DNA of 64,000 nt. Source: Bryobacterales bacterium. GTDB lineage: Bacteria; Acidobacteriota; Terriglobia; Bryobacterales; UBA6623. Shown here piece by piece: positions 38,543-49,548 of this stretch. Below the pieces are notes generated by a model, which worked only from the letters and a program-made list of their open reading frames with translations, ran no database searches and was not told where the DNA came from. The stretch's first letter is position 1. The number at the start of each line of letters is the position of its first letter. The translations under genes and the position numbers were made by a program. The stretch lies in the NCBI GenBank assembly GCA_028819215.1, contig JAPPMG010000077.1:365-64364 (forward strand). The letters are read 5' to 3'.

Positions 38543-39933
38543 TGAACTACGGCCTCCGCCTGACAAGGGAGCAGCACAGGCAACTCGAAGACCACGTCCT
38601 ACGATCCGATGGCTTAGAGGCCGGAGCGCTACTACGCTGTGGGCGCCGAGTTGGACGTAAGCGACACATCCTAACGACGATTGAAGTCAGGCCGATCCCA
38701 TTAGCGGCTTGCGAGCGCACCGCCGTCAACTTGACCTGGCCGACAGATTTCGCCCTCGATTTCATTGAGGCCGCAGCGAAGCGTGGTCAGGCCGTCGTGA
38801 AGGTACATAGCCATCCCGGAGGTTTTGAGCACTTCTCGCACTTGGATGACGCGGCGGACTACAGCTTCCTTGGGGCGGTTCATGACTTTTGTGGTGACGG
38901 TCAACCCCACGGCAGTGCCGTTATGCTGCCGGGCGGGCGGATGTTCGCGCGCGCTCTGACTGCCGATGGTTCGTTTGCGCACTTTGATCGAGTCTGTTCG
39001 GTGGGGGAGCAAATCTCGCTTTGGCTGTCCGAGTGCGACTACCGTCCGCCAGAGTTTGTGTCGCGGCACGCCCAGGCATTCGGAGCGGGAACCCTTGAAC
39101 AACTACAACGAATGTCAGCGGCCGTAATTGGGGTCTCCGGCACCGGTAGTCCGTTGGTGGCTGAGCTTGCTAGGTCCGGCATCGGCCGGTTGGTCCTTGT
39201 CGATCCCAAGCTCGTAAAGGAGGCCAACTTGAACCGAATTGCTTTCTCCCGGCACGCTGACATTGGACGCCCAAAGGTTGAGGTCGTTGGCGACGCAGTG
39301 AGGGCAATGGGCTTTGGCACTGAAGTCGTCCAAGTGCACGGTGACGTTGCTGATCCCGACACGGTTCAGACCGTGGCCGAGTGCGACATCTTGTTCGGTT
39401 GCATGGACTCGCTTTCGGGAAGGGACATTCTCAATCGGATAGCCGCCTTCTATACCTTGCCGTACATCGATGTCGGTGTGTCATTGGATGCCCGCCCCAA
39501 CGGAGGGGTCGATGCGGTGTGGGCAAGTGTCCATTACCTGCAACCGTCGCGGTCAAGCTTGCGTTCGCGGGGCGTCTTCAATGGTGAGGAAGTGCGAGCG
39601 GAAGCAATGAGGCGGAATGATCCTGATGAGTACGCAAAACAAGCGGAGCAACAGTACATTCGCGGTGTACAGGAGGGGCGTCCTGCTGTGATGCCCCTGA
39701 ACGCCTTTGCGTCGTCGGTGGCCGTCCTAGAATTCTTTGCTCGACTTCATCCTTTTCGCTACGACAACCGCTTCGCCCTGCAGCGATTCGCTCTCCATGA
39801 CGGCTTGACTACCCGAGAAGCCGAATCTGAATTCGCCCCCTGCCCACTACTGGGCAAGTACGTAGGGCAAGGAGATGTCGATCCAATCCTTAACAGGCCC
39901 GCGCTGAGCGGCTTCGGCGCGAGAGACTGCTGA
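38539..39933 (+). CDS. JAB peptidase - ThiF/E1 adenylyltransferase fusion
   Basis: E...KVHSHP...FS..DD..D (JAMM); IGVSGTGS, VDP..V..ANLNR, FGCMDS; ATGA overlap. Confidence 0.88.
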   Translation: MMNYGLRLTREQHRQLEDHVLRSDGLEAGALLRCGRRVGRKRHILTTIEVRPIPLAACERTAVNLTWPTDFALDFIEAAAKRGQAVVKVHSHPGGFEHFSHLDDAADYSFLGAVHDFCGDGQPHGSAVMLPGGRMFARALTADGSFAHFDRVCSVGEQISLWLSECDYRPPEFVSRHAQAFGAGTLEQLQRMSAAVIGVSGTGSPLVAELARSGIGRLVLVDPKLVKEANLNRIAFSRHADIGRPKVEVVGDAVRAMGFGTEVVQVHGDVADPDTVQTVAECDILFGCMDSLSGRDILNRIAAFYTLPYIDVGVSLDARPNGGVDAVWASVHYLQPSRSSLRSRGVFNGEEVRAEAMRRNDPDEYAKQAEQQYIRGVQEGRPAVMPLNAFASSVAVLEFFARLHPFRYDNRFALQRFALHDGLTTREAESEFAPCPLLGKYVGQGDVDPILNRPALSGFGARDC

Positions 39934-40467
39934 GATCTGACCCACTCAGTGGCGACGCACAACGCTCCACCGGTAGCCACGAACATCAAGGGCATCGATC
40001 CATTACGACTCGGACGAACTGCGAAGCAGCCGCTTCCCTTGGAGTGTTCGAACCTTAGTTGGACAGGTAGCGGCTGTTCGTGCGCCGACGATCGTGGTGC
40101 CTTTGTCTGCGGCAAGGCCCTTCGGTTGCACCGCTATAGCTGCAAGAGGACATTCAACGCTCTGACCAGCATGCCGCTTTCCAGCTCTCGGGTGACAGAG
40201 GCCTGGTTCCGCTCCGGCGAGTCGCTTTCCAGACTGGAGTCTGTGCGGCGCCAAGACCGGCGTCGTGGAATGGCCTATGCAGGTCGGCTGCTTCTACCAG
40301 CCCGCTACGGGCCTGCCTCGGAGTTGCCCTTGTGAAGCCTCGTTGCGTCAGGTAGTTCGACGAACCCGCTCGTCGGTTTCCCGCTCGTTCCGACTGGCGC
40401 CTTGCATGCGATCTACCGCGTCAGGTGCTATGCGCCTTGTGAAGAGCGCAGTGGCGAAGATGCGGAG

Positions 40468-41142
40468 TCAGTATTCGAGAATCCAGATATTGCGGAACAT
40501 CACGAAGCTGTGGATATCGTGCAGCTGCAGTCCGATCGGGCCCTTGAGCGGACGCTCAGGGTCCCCCGCGTGCTCGGCTGCCAGCACGCCGTTGATATAG
40601 ACCCTGATCGCGTCGGCCCGGGATTGGATGTTGAGGCGGTTCCACTCGCCAACCTTATCCAGTCCTTCGGGAGCCCGCGCCAGCCCATAGATCGAACCGG
40701 TAGACCACTTGCCGGAATACTCGCTATCGATCTGGATTTCATAGCCTTGCTTCGATGGCGTGCAGTTGAAATCCGGCCGCTCCGCGATACCGCAGGCAGC
40801 TTGGGAGGGGTCGCGAATCGATATTCCGCTGTTGCCGGGAGTGTTGACCCAATACTCCAAGTGCAGGTCGAACTCTTCGAACTCGCGCTCGGTGTATAGC
40901 CAGGACTGCCGCGTGCTCCACGCGACGAAAGCCTCCCGGTCGATGCCTGTAGTGCCTTGAAGCTCCTGCTGGCGATCTATCCCGAAGCTCGCGGTGACCA
41001 CCCCGTCGGAGCGAATCCGCCAGTGGCCGTCCCCGAGCACCGTCCAGCCGTCAAGTCCGTTGCGGAGAAGGTCGTTCCAATCGGCGGCCACGGCCATCGG
41101 GACAACAGCGGCAAACGCTAAGGCCAGAATCGCTCTCTTCAC
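40468..41142 (-). CDS. DUF1080 (3-keto-disaccharide hydrolase-like) secreted protein
   Basis: Signal peptide, NSGI, YEIQI, GEWN, GPIGLQ.H, FRNI; GGAGG RBS. Confidence 0.85.
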   Translation of the reverse strand: MKRAILALAFAAVVPMAVAADWNDLLRNGLDGWTVLGDGHWRIRSDGVVTASFGIDRQQELQGTTGIDREAFVAWSTRQSWLYTEREFEEFDLHLEYWVNTPGNSGISIRDPSQAACGIAERPDFNCTPSKQGYEIQIDSEYSGKWSTGSIYGLARAPEGLDKVGEWNRLNIQSRADAIRVYINGVLAAEHAGDPERPLKGPIGLQLHDIHSFVMFRNIWILEY

Positions 41143-41249
41143 CAGATCTCCTCCGACAGGTATCATCCTACGCGAACGCCCCCCAAGCAAACTCGGATGA
41201 TCGGACCAGCGACTAAGGCGGCAAGCGCTTCGCCTAGCTCCAGTCAGCT

Positions 41250-42224
41250 CTAAGCAACGTACTGGACTTCTTCCTCGACCTCGAAGCCGAAGCGGTCCCG
41301 CACGCGCCGTTTCAGCTCTTGAACCAACTCGTGGATCTGAGCCGCCGTGCCGCCGCCTAGGTTGTAGATCAGGTTCGCGTGATACGGCGCGATCTCGATC
41401 CCGCCGTTGCGCATGCCCTTCGCGCCCACCTGCTCGAGAAAGTAAGCCGAAGCCACCTTCCCGCCCCGCACGGCCCGCTCGGGCACGATCTCCGCCGCCG
41501 GCGCTGGCAGCGAGTCAAGGAACAAGTTCTTGAAAATGCTGCCCGCGCAGCGCATCGCGGGTGGGAACTTCTCGTCGCGGATAGTACGGATTTCCCGGGC
41601 GCGAGCGCGCAGAGCCGCGGCATCGCCGGGTGGCAAGACTAGGCGTACGCCCAAGATCAGCCAGTCCTTGCGACGCTTGAATATCGATTCGCGGTAGTCG
41701 AACTCGCATTCGGCGGGCCCGAACGAGCGCACCTCGTGCCCATCGAGGAAATCTACGCTCTGGACGAATTCGTCGATCTGGTGTCCGTACGCCCCGGCAT
41801 TGCCGTACACTGCCCCGCCAACCGACCCCGGGATGCGCTCCAAGGTGTGCATCCCCGCCAAGCCGTGGTCCACAGTCAAGTCGACCAACGCTTGCAGGCT
41901 GCCGCCGGCAGCGGCTTCAACAACTCCGTCAACATAGTCCAGATCGGCAGCCGTGTAACGCAGCACCAAACCGCGGAAGCCGTCGTCGGCAGCCACGACA
42001 TTGCTGCCGTCCCCAAGCAGATAGCAGGGCACCTCCGCAAGGCGGGCCGCCTGACATGCTTCGGCCAAGGCGCGCGGCGTGCTAGCCAAGCCGAACAAGT
42101 CGGCGGGACCCCCGATCGCGAAGCGCGTGTGCGCGCTGAGTGGCACACGGCGGTCTAGGTGCAGCCCCTCGATGGCTCCCAGACACCGCGCCAGCTCGGA
42201 GTGGGTTTCGCTCACGGGCTGCAA
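41250..42224 (-). CDS. murB: UDP-N-acetylmuramate dehydrogenase
   Basis: IGGPA, LGDGSNV, IPGSVGGAVYGNAGAYG, AGSIFKN, HAN. Confidence 0.95.
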   Translation of the reverse strand: MQPVSETHSELARCLGAIEGLHLDRRVPLSAHTRFAIGGPADLFGLASTPRALAEACQAARLAEVPCYLLGDGSNVVAADDGFRGLVLRYTAADLDYVDGVVEAAAGGSLQALVDLTVDHGLAGMHTLERIPGSVGGAVYGNAGAYGHQIDEFVQSVDFLDGHEVRSFGPAECEFDYRESIFKRRKDWLILGVRLVLPPGDAAALRARAREIRTIRDEKFPPAMRCAGSIFKNLFLDSLPAPAAEIVPERAVRGGKVASAYFLEQVGAKGMRNGGIEIAPYHANLIYNLGGGTAAQIHELVQELKRRVRDRFGFEVEEEVQYVA

Positions 42225-42282
42225 GGTCCAATTGTATGGCGCGGCTCGGGGCCGTTCCCCGTCGTTCGCGCATCATGGAACT

Positions 42283-42966
42283 ATGGAGTTCACGTTTCCC
42301 GGCTTCGAGCCCCAAGCCCGCCAGTTCCTGCGCGAGCTGCGGGAGAATAACAACCGCGAGTGGTTCCAAGCCCACAAGCCGGACTACGAACAATTCGTGC
42401 GGGGTCCGCTGCTCGAGCTGGTGCTGGAACTCAGCATGGCCGTCGAAGAGCACTCGCCCGGGCACAGCATCGACCCGCGCAAGTCTGTCTACCGCATCTA
42501 CCGCGATATCCGCTTCTCCAAGAACAAGGATCCCTATAAGACACACGCGGCGGCGGTGTTTCCGCCCACAGGCATGGAGCGCCACGCGGGCGCGGGATTC
42601 TACTTCCACTTTTCGACCGAGGAGCTACTCATAGGTGGAGGCGTCTACGCGCCGCCGTCAGACACCTTGGGGCGCATCCGCGCACAGATCGCGGCAGACC
42701 CGGACGAACTGCGCGGCATTCTCGCCGCTGCGAGCTACCGCAAGTTCTATGGCGGCTTGGAGGGGCAGCGACTCAAGCGGACCCCGCGCGGCTTCGCCCC
42801 GGATCACCCGGCGGCAGACCTGCTCGTATACAAGCAGTTTCTCTCCGGGACCACGCTTCCGGCCGATGTCATCGAGCAGCCCACCATCGGCGCGGTGCTG
42901 GACCAGCACTTCCGCGCCATCGCGCCCCTGATGGCGTATCTCAACCGAGCGGTCCAGGCGCACTGA
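42283..42966 (+). CDS. DUF2461-family protein
   Basis: NNNREWF, RIYRDIRFSKNKDPYK, LKRTPRGF. Confidence 0.9.
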   Translation: MEFTFPGFEPQARQFLRELRENNNREWFQAHKPDYEQFVRGPLLELVLELSMAVEEHSPGHSIDPRKSVYRIYRDIRFSKNKDPYKTHAAAVFPPTGMERHAGAGFYFHFSTEELLIGGGVYAPPSDTLGRIRAQIAADPDELRGILAAASYRKFYGGLEGQRLKRTPRGFAPDHPAADLLVYKQFLSGTTLPADVIEQPTIGAVLDQHFRAIAPLMAYLNRAVQAH

Positions 42967-43030
42967 GCCCGCAGCGCACCCGTGGGATCATTGTGGAGAC
43001 AAGCCGCGCCTGGCGCGGCGCGGTCCCATC

Positions 43031-44482
43031 ATGGCGTACAGCGACTTACGTGAATTCATTTCCGCGCTTGAACAGCGAGGTGAACTCAAGCGCATCAGCG
43101 CAGAGGTTGATCCGAAGCTGGAAATCGCCGAGATCGCCGACCGTGCGGTCAAGCGGGGCGGGCCGGCGCTGCTGTTCGAGCGGCCCAAGGGTTCCAGCAT
43201 CCCGGTTCTGATCAATTCCGTCGCCTCGCTGTCGAAGATGCAGCTGGCCTTCGAGGTGGACGACCTCAGCGACATCGCCGCCAGGATCTCGGAATACTTG
43301 GACCTCGGCGTGCCCAAGGGCGTGGCCGGCAAGCTCAAAGGGCTGGCCCGGCTCGCCGAACTGCGCAATTTCCTGCCCAAGACCGTGCGTTCCGGCCAGT
43401 GCCAGCAAATCGTCAAGAGCGAGGGCTTCTCGCTGATGGACTACCCGGTGCTGACATGCTGGCCCGGCGACGGGGGACCCTTCATCACGCTGCCCATGGT
43501 GTTCTCGCGCAACCCGATCACCGGCAAGCGCAACTGCGGGATGTACCGCCTGCAGGTCTACGACGAGCGCACCACGGGCATGCACTGGCAAACGCACAAG
43601 CAGGGCGCGGAGCACTATCGCCGGATGCAGCAGGAAGGACGCGATACGCGGATGGATGTCGCGGTGGCGATCGGCGCCGATCCAGCGACGATGATCGCCG
43701 GAAGCCTGCCGCTCCCGCCCGATCTGGACGAGATGCTCTTCGCGGGCTTCATCCGCCGCAAGCCGGTCGAGATGGTGCCTTGCAAGACCGTCGATCTCGA
43801 AGTGCCGGCCAACGCCGAAATCGTGCTCGAGGGGCACGTCAACCTCGGCGAGCTGCGCACCGAGGGGCCGTTCGGAGACCACACCGGGTACTACTCGCTC
43901 GAAGACGAGTACCCCGTGCTGCACGTGGACTGCGTCACGCAGCGCAAGGATCCGATCTATGCCACCACCATCGTCGGCAGGCCGCCGATGGAGGACTACT
44001 TCATCGGCAAGGCGATCGAGCGGATCTTCCTGCCCCTGATCAAGCTCCAGGCACCCGAGATCGTCGACATGGCCATGCCCGCCGAAGGGATTTTCCACAA
44101 CCTGATGCTGGTTTCGATCCGCAAGTCCTATCCCGGGCAGGCGCGCAAGGTAATGAACTCCATCTGGGGCCTCGGCCAAGCCTCCTCGACCAAGTGCATT
44201 GTGGTGGTTGACCACGACGTGGACGTGCAGAACTACTCCGAGACCGCCTGGCGGGCGCTGAATAACATCGACCCCGAACGTGACATCCAGTTCACGCTGG
44301 GGCCGATCGACTCGCTGGACCACGCCAGCCGATTGCCAGACTTCGGCTCCAAGATGGGAATCGACGCAACCCGCAAGTGGAAGACCGAGGGGTTCACCCG
44401 GCCGTGGCCGGAAGTGATCGAGATGAGCGACGACGTCAAGCGACGAGTCGACCCGATCTGGGAAGCGCTGGGAATCGGCTAG
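43031..44482 (+). CDS. UbiD-family decarboxylase (menaquinone-pathway type)
   Basis: GGPALLF, WPGDGGPFITLP, EGPFGDHTGYY, KMGIDAT. Confidence 0.92.
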   Translation: MAYSDLREFISALEQRGELKRISAEVDPKLEIAEIADRAVKRGGPALLFERPKGSSIPVLINSVASLSKMQLAFEVDDLSDIAARISEYLDLGVPKGVAGKLKGLARLAELRNFLPKTVRSGQCQQIVKSEGFSLMDYPVLTCWPGDGGPFITLPMVFSRNPITGKRNCGMYRLQVYDERTTGMHWQTHKQGAEHYRRMQQEGRDTRMDVAVAIGADPATMIAGSLPLPPDLDEMLFAGFIRRKPVEMVPCKTVDLEVPANAEIVLEGHVNLGELRTEGPFGDHTGYYSLEDEYPVLHVDCVTQRKDPIYATTIVGRPPMEDYFIGKAIERIFLPLIKLQAPEIVDMAMPAEGIFHNLMLVSIRKSYPGQARKVMNSIWGLGQASSTKCIVVVDHDVDVQNYSETAWRALNNIDPERDIQFTLGPIDSLDHASRLPDFGSKMGIDATRKWKTEGFTRPWPEVIEMSDDVKRRVDPIWEALGIG

Positions 44483-44494
44483 GATCGGGGCTGC

Positions 44495-45427
44495 ATGGCA
44501 CCTGGGCCGGCCAGAGCGCCAATCGCCGCCGTGCTGGCACTCCTCGGAGCCATCGCCACAGGCTGCGGGTGGGAGTCGGGGATTTGGAGCGGCGCGATCG
44601 AGCTCGAGCCGCCGAAGGCTGCCACAGTCGAGTTGACGGCGGTGGCCGTGGCCACCCTCGACGCTCCGGTCAAGGCGAGGCGGGGCGGTCGCGTGCTAGA
44701 ACTGCGAGTTCGGACCGGGGACGCTGTCGCCGAGGGCGACGCCTTGATCGAATTCGAAGACTTGGCGCTGGAAGAATCCAAGGCCGCGGTGCGACGCGAA
44801 ATCGAGGAGCTGAGGGCGGCGCATGCGGCCGCCGGGGCCACGCCAGCCGAAACCGAGAGGAGCGCTAGCCGAGACCTTCGGATGGCAGCACTCAGCCAGC
44901 TGGAGGAGACCCACCGCCGCGCCAGCGAAGAGTTCGAGCGCTGGACGGAGCTATTTGAAGAGGGCTTGGCGGCTCGCCTCGACTTCGAGAAGAAGCGGCA
45001 GGAGTTCGAAGCCCTCAGCGCGCGTCTGCGCGAGGCTCGGGCCGCCGCCAGCCAGGAGATCGAGGCCGAGGCACCCTCCGAGCCTGCCGCTCTGCGGCGC
45101 TCGCAACGACTGCTGCAGCGCTTGCAGGAGCTACCCAAGACCTACTTGGTCAAGAGCCCTTCGGACGGGACTGTCAAGGAGATACTCGTTGCAGTCGGGG
45201 ACGTGCCGGAGCGCGGAGCGGCAGTGGCTACGGTTGCGCGGGCCGCCTTGCCGATGCTGGTGGCGGAGATTGCTCCCGGCACCGCAGTCGTTGCCATCGA
45301 GGAGGCCTGCGGCGTGCCCGGGCCGCTCGCGTTCAGCAGGCGCGACGCAACGCTCGAGCTGGCGGCGCCGACGCCTCAGCTTCGACCGGGGAACGAATGC
45401 CAGCTGGCGGTGTCGGCTAGGGAGTAA
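44495..45427 (+). CDS. HlyD-like membrane fusion (periplasmic adaptor) lipoprotein
   Basis: Lipobox ATGC; split lipoyl-like half-motifs flanking a coiled coil. Confidence 0.7.
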   Translation: MAPGPARAPIAAVLALLGAIATGCGWESGIWSGAIELEPPKAATVELTAVAVATLDAPVKARRGGRVLELRVRTGDAVAEGDALIEFEDLALEESKAAVRREIEELRAAHAAAGATPAETERSASRDLRMAALSQLEETHRRASEEFERWTELFEEGLAARLDFEKKRQEFEALSARLREARAAASQEIEAEAPSEPAALRRSQRLLQRLQELPKTYLVKSPSDGTVKEILVAVGDVPERGAAVATVARAALPMLVAEIAPGTAVVAIEEACGVPGPLAFSRRDATLELAAPTPQLRPGNECQLAVSARE

Positions 45428-45464
45428 CTAGTGCGCGAAGCTTCGCGCCTTGAATAGCTTAGGA

Positions 45465-46280
45465 ATGATGGCAACAGGGCAGACGGTGGGACAGCAAGAT
45501 CCGGCGGTGCTGGGCAAGCAATTGCTTGACCAGAAGATCGTCATCCGCACATACGGAATCCGCAAGACCTACGTTATGGGCGATCAGGAGATCCATGCCG
45601 TTAACGGCGTCGATCTGGAGATCCGCTACGGCGAGTATGTGGCGTTGATGGGGCCGTCCGGTTCGGGCAAGTCCACCTTCATGAACCTGATCGGAGCGCT
45701 GGACACGCCCACGTCTGGGGAGTACTACATCGCCGGCCAGCTCATCAGCACGATGTCAGACGACGAGCTAGCGTATATCCGCAACCGCGAGATCGGATTC
45801 GTCTTTCAGACATTCAACCTCTTGCCCCGGCTCACGGCCCTGCAGAACGTGGAATTGCCGCTGGTGTATTCGGGCGCGCAGCCAGCCGAGCGGACTGAGC
45901 GGGCCAAGCGCGCGTTGGCGCAAGTCGACCTCACCGAGCGCATGTATCACACGCCCAGCGAGCTCTCGGGTGGACAACGCCAGCGCGTGGCCATCGCCCG
46001 CGCCTTGGTGGGAGACCCGGCGATCATCCTGGCTGACGAGCCGACTGGGAACCTCGACACGGCCACTTCGACCGAGATCATGGGAGTGTTCGACGTGCTG
46101 CACAAGCAGGGCAACACGATCATCTTGGTCACCCACGAGCCCGACATCGCGATGTACGCTAAACGGATCGTCCAGCTGCGCGACGGCAAGGTCGAGAAGG
46201 ACGAAGAAGCCCGGTGGGCTCTGGCCGCAGCGTTCGGGTCGGCTGATCACGGCGCCGCCCAACCGGACAAGCAGGCCTGA
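45465..46280 (+). CDS. ABC transporter ATP-binding protein (LolD/MacB-like)
   Basis: [36 protein letters not shown]. Confidence 0.93.
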   Translation: MMATGQTVGQQDPAVLGKQLLDQKIVIRTYGIRKTYVMGDQEIHAVNGVDLEIRYGEYVALMGPSGSGKSTFMNLIGALDTPTSGEYYIAGQLISTMSDDELAYIRNREIGFVFQTFNLLPRLTALQNVELPLVYSGAQPAERTERAKRALAQVDLTERMYHTPSELSGGQRQRVAIARALVGDPAIILADEPTGNLDTATSTEIMGVFDVLHKQGNTIILVTHEPDIAMYAKRIVQLRDGKVEKDEEARWALAAAFGSADHGAAQPDKQA

Positions 46281-46287
46281 CGGCGCG

Positions 46288-47445
46288 TTGCTGGAAGACG
46301 CGATTCCAGCTCTTGTCGCTGGCTTGGTGCTCGTAGGCTGCGCCTACTACGCGCTGGTGCTGCTTGCAGCGCAGCAGTTCTTGCAGCGCAGGCGCGAGCG
46401 GAAGACCCGCCTCGGAGAAGCGCCCGCCATCAGCGTCCTAAAGCCGCTGGCGGGCGAGGAGTCGGAGCTTGCCGAAAACCTTGGCAGCTTTTTCCGCCTC
46501 AGCTATCCGCGATACGAGGTCCTTTGTGCAGCGCGAGACGCGGACGACCCGGCCCTGGCGATAGCGCGAGAGGTGCGGTCCAACTATCCCGACTCGGACG
46601 CGCAACTGCTGGTTGCCGGAGAGTCGGATTCTCCCAACGCCAAGGTGCATTCGCTGGCAGCGATGACCGCCGTGGCGGCGGGCGACGTGGTCGTCGTCAG
46701 CGATAGCGATATCCGCGCCGATCCGGTCCTGCTGTGGGAGCTCGCGAAGGACTTCGAGGATCCCGCGGTCGGAGTGGTCACCTGCCCCTACCGGGCGGTG
46801 CCGGGCCCGAGTCTGTGGTCGAAGCTGGAAGCCCTGGGAATGAACACGGAATTCTGGAGCGGCGTTCTGGTCGCCCAGTTCCTAGCTCCCATGAACTTCG
46901 CGGTCGGACCGACCATGGCGGTGCGCAAATCGTGCTTGGACGCGATCGGGGGGTGGGACGCGTTTGGTGACTTCCTAGCCGAGGATTTCGAAGTCGGCCG
47001 TCAAGCTCGCCTAGCCGGCTACGAGGTTCGGCTGTCCACTCACGCAGTCGAGCACAGGATCGGCAGCCAAGCCTTGCGTGAAAATCTCGTGCACCGGCTT
47101 CGCTGGCGACGCTCCACGCGCCGGTCGCGCCCGGTCGGCTACTGGGGCGAGATCCTCGCCAATCCGCTGCCGTGGGCGCTGCTGCTGCCGCTCGCGGCAT
47201 CGGGAGCGGCTTGGTCGTGGGCGGCCTTGGGCGCATGCGTCGCCTTGCGGGCATCGGCGGCGCTGGTGGTCGGGGGAAGGGTGCTCGGCGACACCGTGCG
47301 GTGGTCGCGCTTCTCGCTGCTGCCGCTGCAAGACGGGCTGAGCCTGCTGGTCTGGTTTGCCGGACTGTTCGGCAGGCGCATCGTGTGGCGCGGACGTGCG
47401 TACGAGCTTTCCCGAGACGGGCGGCTACGCCCGTGGAAGGCCTGA
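46288..47445 (+). CDS. GT21 ceramide-glucosyltransferase/HpnI-like glycosyltransferase
   Basis: SVLKPL, NAKV, SDSDI, LAEDF, RW.R; terminal TM helices; start inferred. Confidence 0.85.
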   Translation: MLEDAIPALVAGLVLVGCAYYALVLLAAQQFLQRRRERKTRLGEAPAISVLKPLAGEESELAENLGSFFRLSYPRYEVLCAARDADDPALAIAREVRSNYPDSDAQLLVAGESDSPNAKVHSLAAMTAVAAGDVVVVSDSDIRADPVLLWELAKDFEDPAVGVVTCPYRAVPGPSLWSKLEALGMNTEFWSGVLVAQFLAPMNFAVGPTMAVRKSCLDAIGGWDAFGDFLAEDFEVGRQARLAGYEVRLSTHAVEHRIGSQALRENLVHRLRWRRSTRRSRPVGYWGEILANPLPWALLLPLAASGAAWSWAALGACVALRASAALVVGGRVLGDTVRWSRFSLLPLQDGLSLLVWFAGLFGRRIVWRGRAYELSRDGRLRPWKA

Positions 47446-47504
47446 GCTTGAGCTTGGCAGCTCTCCGAAAGAGCTGCCGACTGAGTGTCTGCAGCGACGC
47501 ACCA

Positions 47505-49073
<1,569 letters not shown>

Positions 49074-49076
49074 GGC

Positions 49077-49406
49077 CTAGAAGGCGAGCGTGCCGGTGCG
49101 CGGAACCTCGGATTCATTCGGCCGGAAAAGTATCTGGCAGCGCTCGCAGCGGTAGATCTCCGGATCCCGGCCGAACATGGCGACAATCTCGTCTCCATAT
49201 CCGTACCACCGCTTGAGGTGTCCGGCACAGATCTTCTTGCCTTTGGGCTCGTCACAGGCCCGCTGGCGCTCGAGCCGCCGCTTGATAAACGTGCCGTCGG
49301 CCAGCTTGGCCACCAGATTCTTAGGCTCCGGCGCGGCCGCCTCTTCAGCTTCAGGCTTGGCGGCGGTGGCCTCGGCGGTTGCAGAATTCGTGTCTGGCAT
49401 GGCCAT
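49077..49406 (-). CDS. Small hypothetical protein with Cys/His cluster
   Basis: C...CAGH...CERC; ends 3 nt before the mutase start. Confidence 0.6.
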   Translation of the reverse strand: MAMPDTNSATAEATAAKPEAEEAAAPEPKNLVAKLADGTFIKRRLERQRACDEPKGKKICAGHLKRWYGYGDEIVAMFGRDPEIYRCERCQILFRPNESEVPRTGTLAF

Positions 49407-49548
49407 CTGTGGGCATTCTATCAGACCCTACATGTCTCATTCGGGTGCGCTTCCCTATGTCTGCGGGACAGTTATGGCGCACCCGGGATCGTCCTGTCGA
49501 TGGTGCCAGAATGCGGCACTTCCGGGTGTCCTGTGTTGAGCAGCCACA

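Noticed and set aside
39934..40465. Effector gene downstream of the JAB-E1 fusion
   Set aside because: Short ORFs lack RBS or recognisable motifs
44495..47445. Novel export system from HlyD + ABC ATPase lacking a permease
   Set aside because: Permease may be encoded elsewhere; context looks like ordinary core genome
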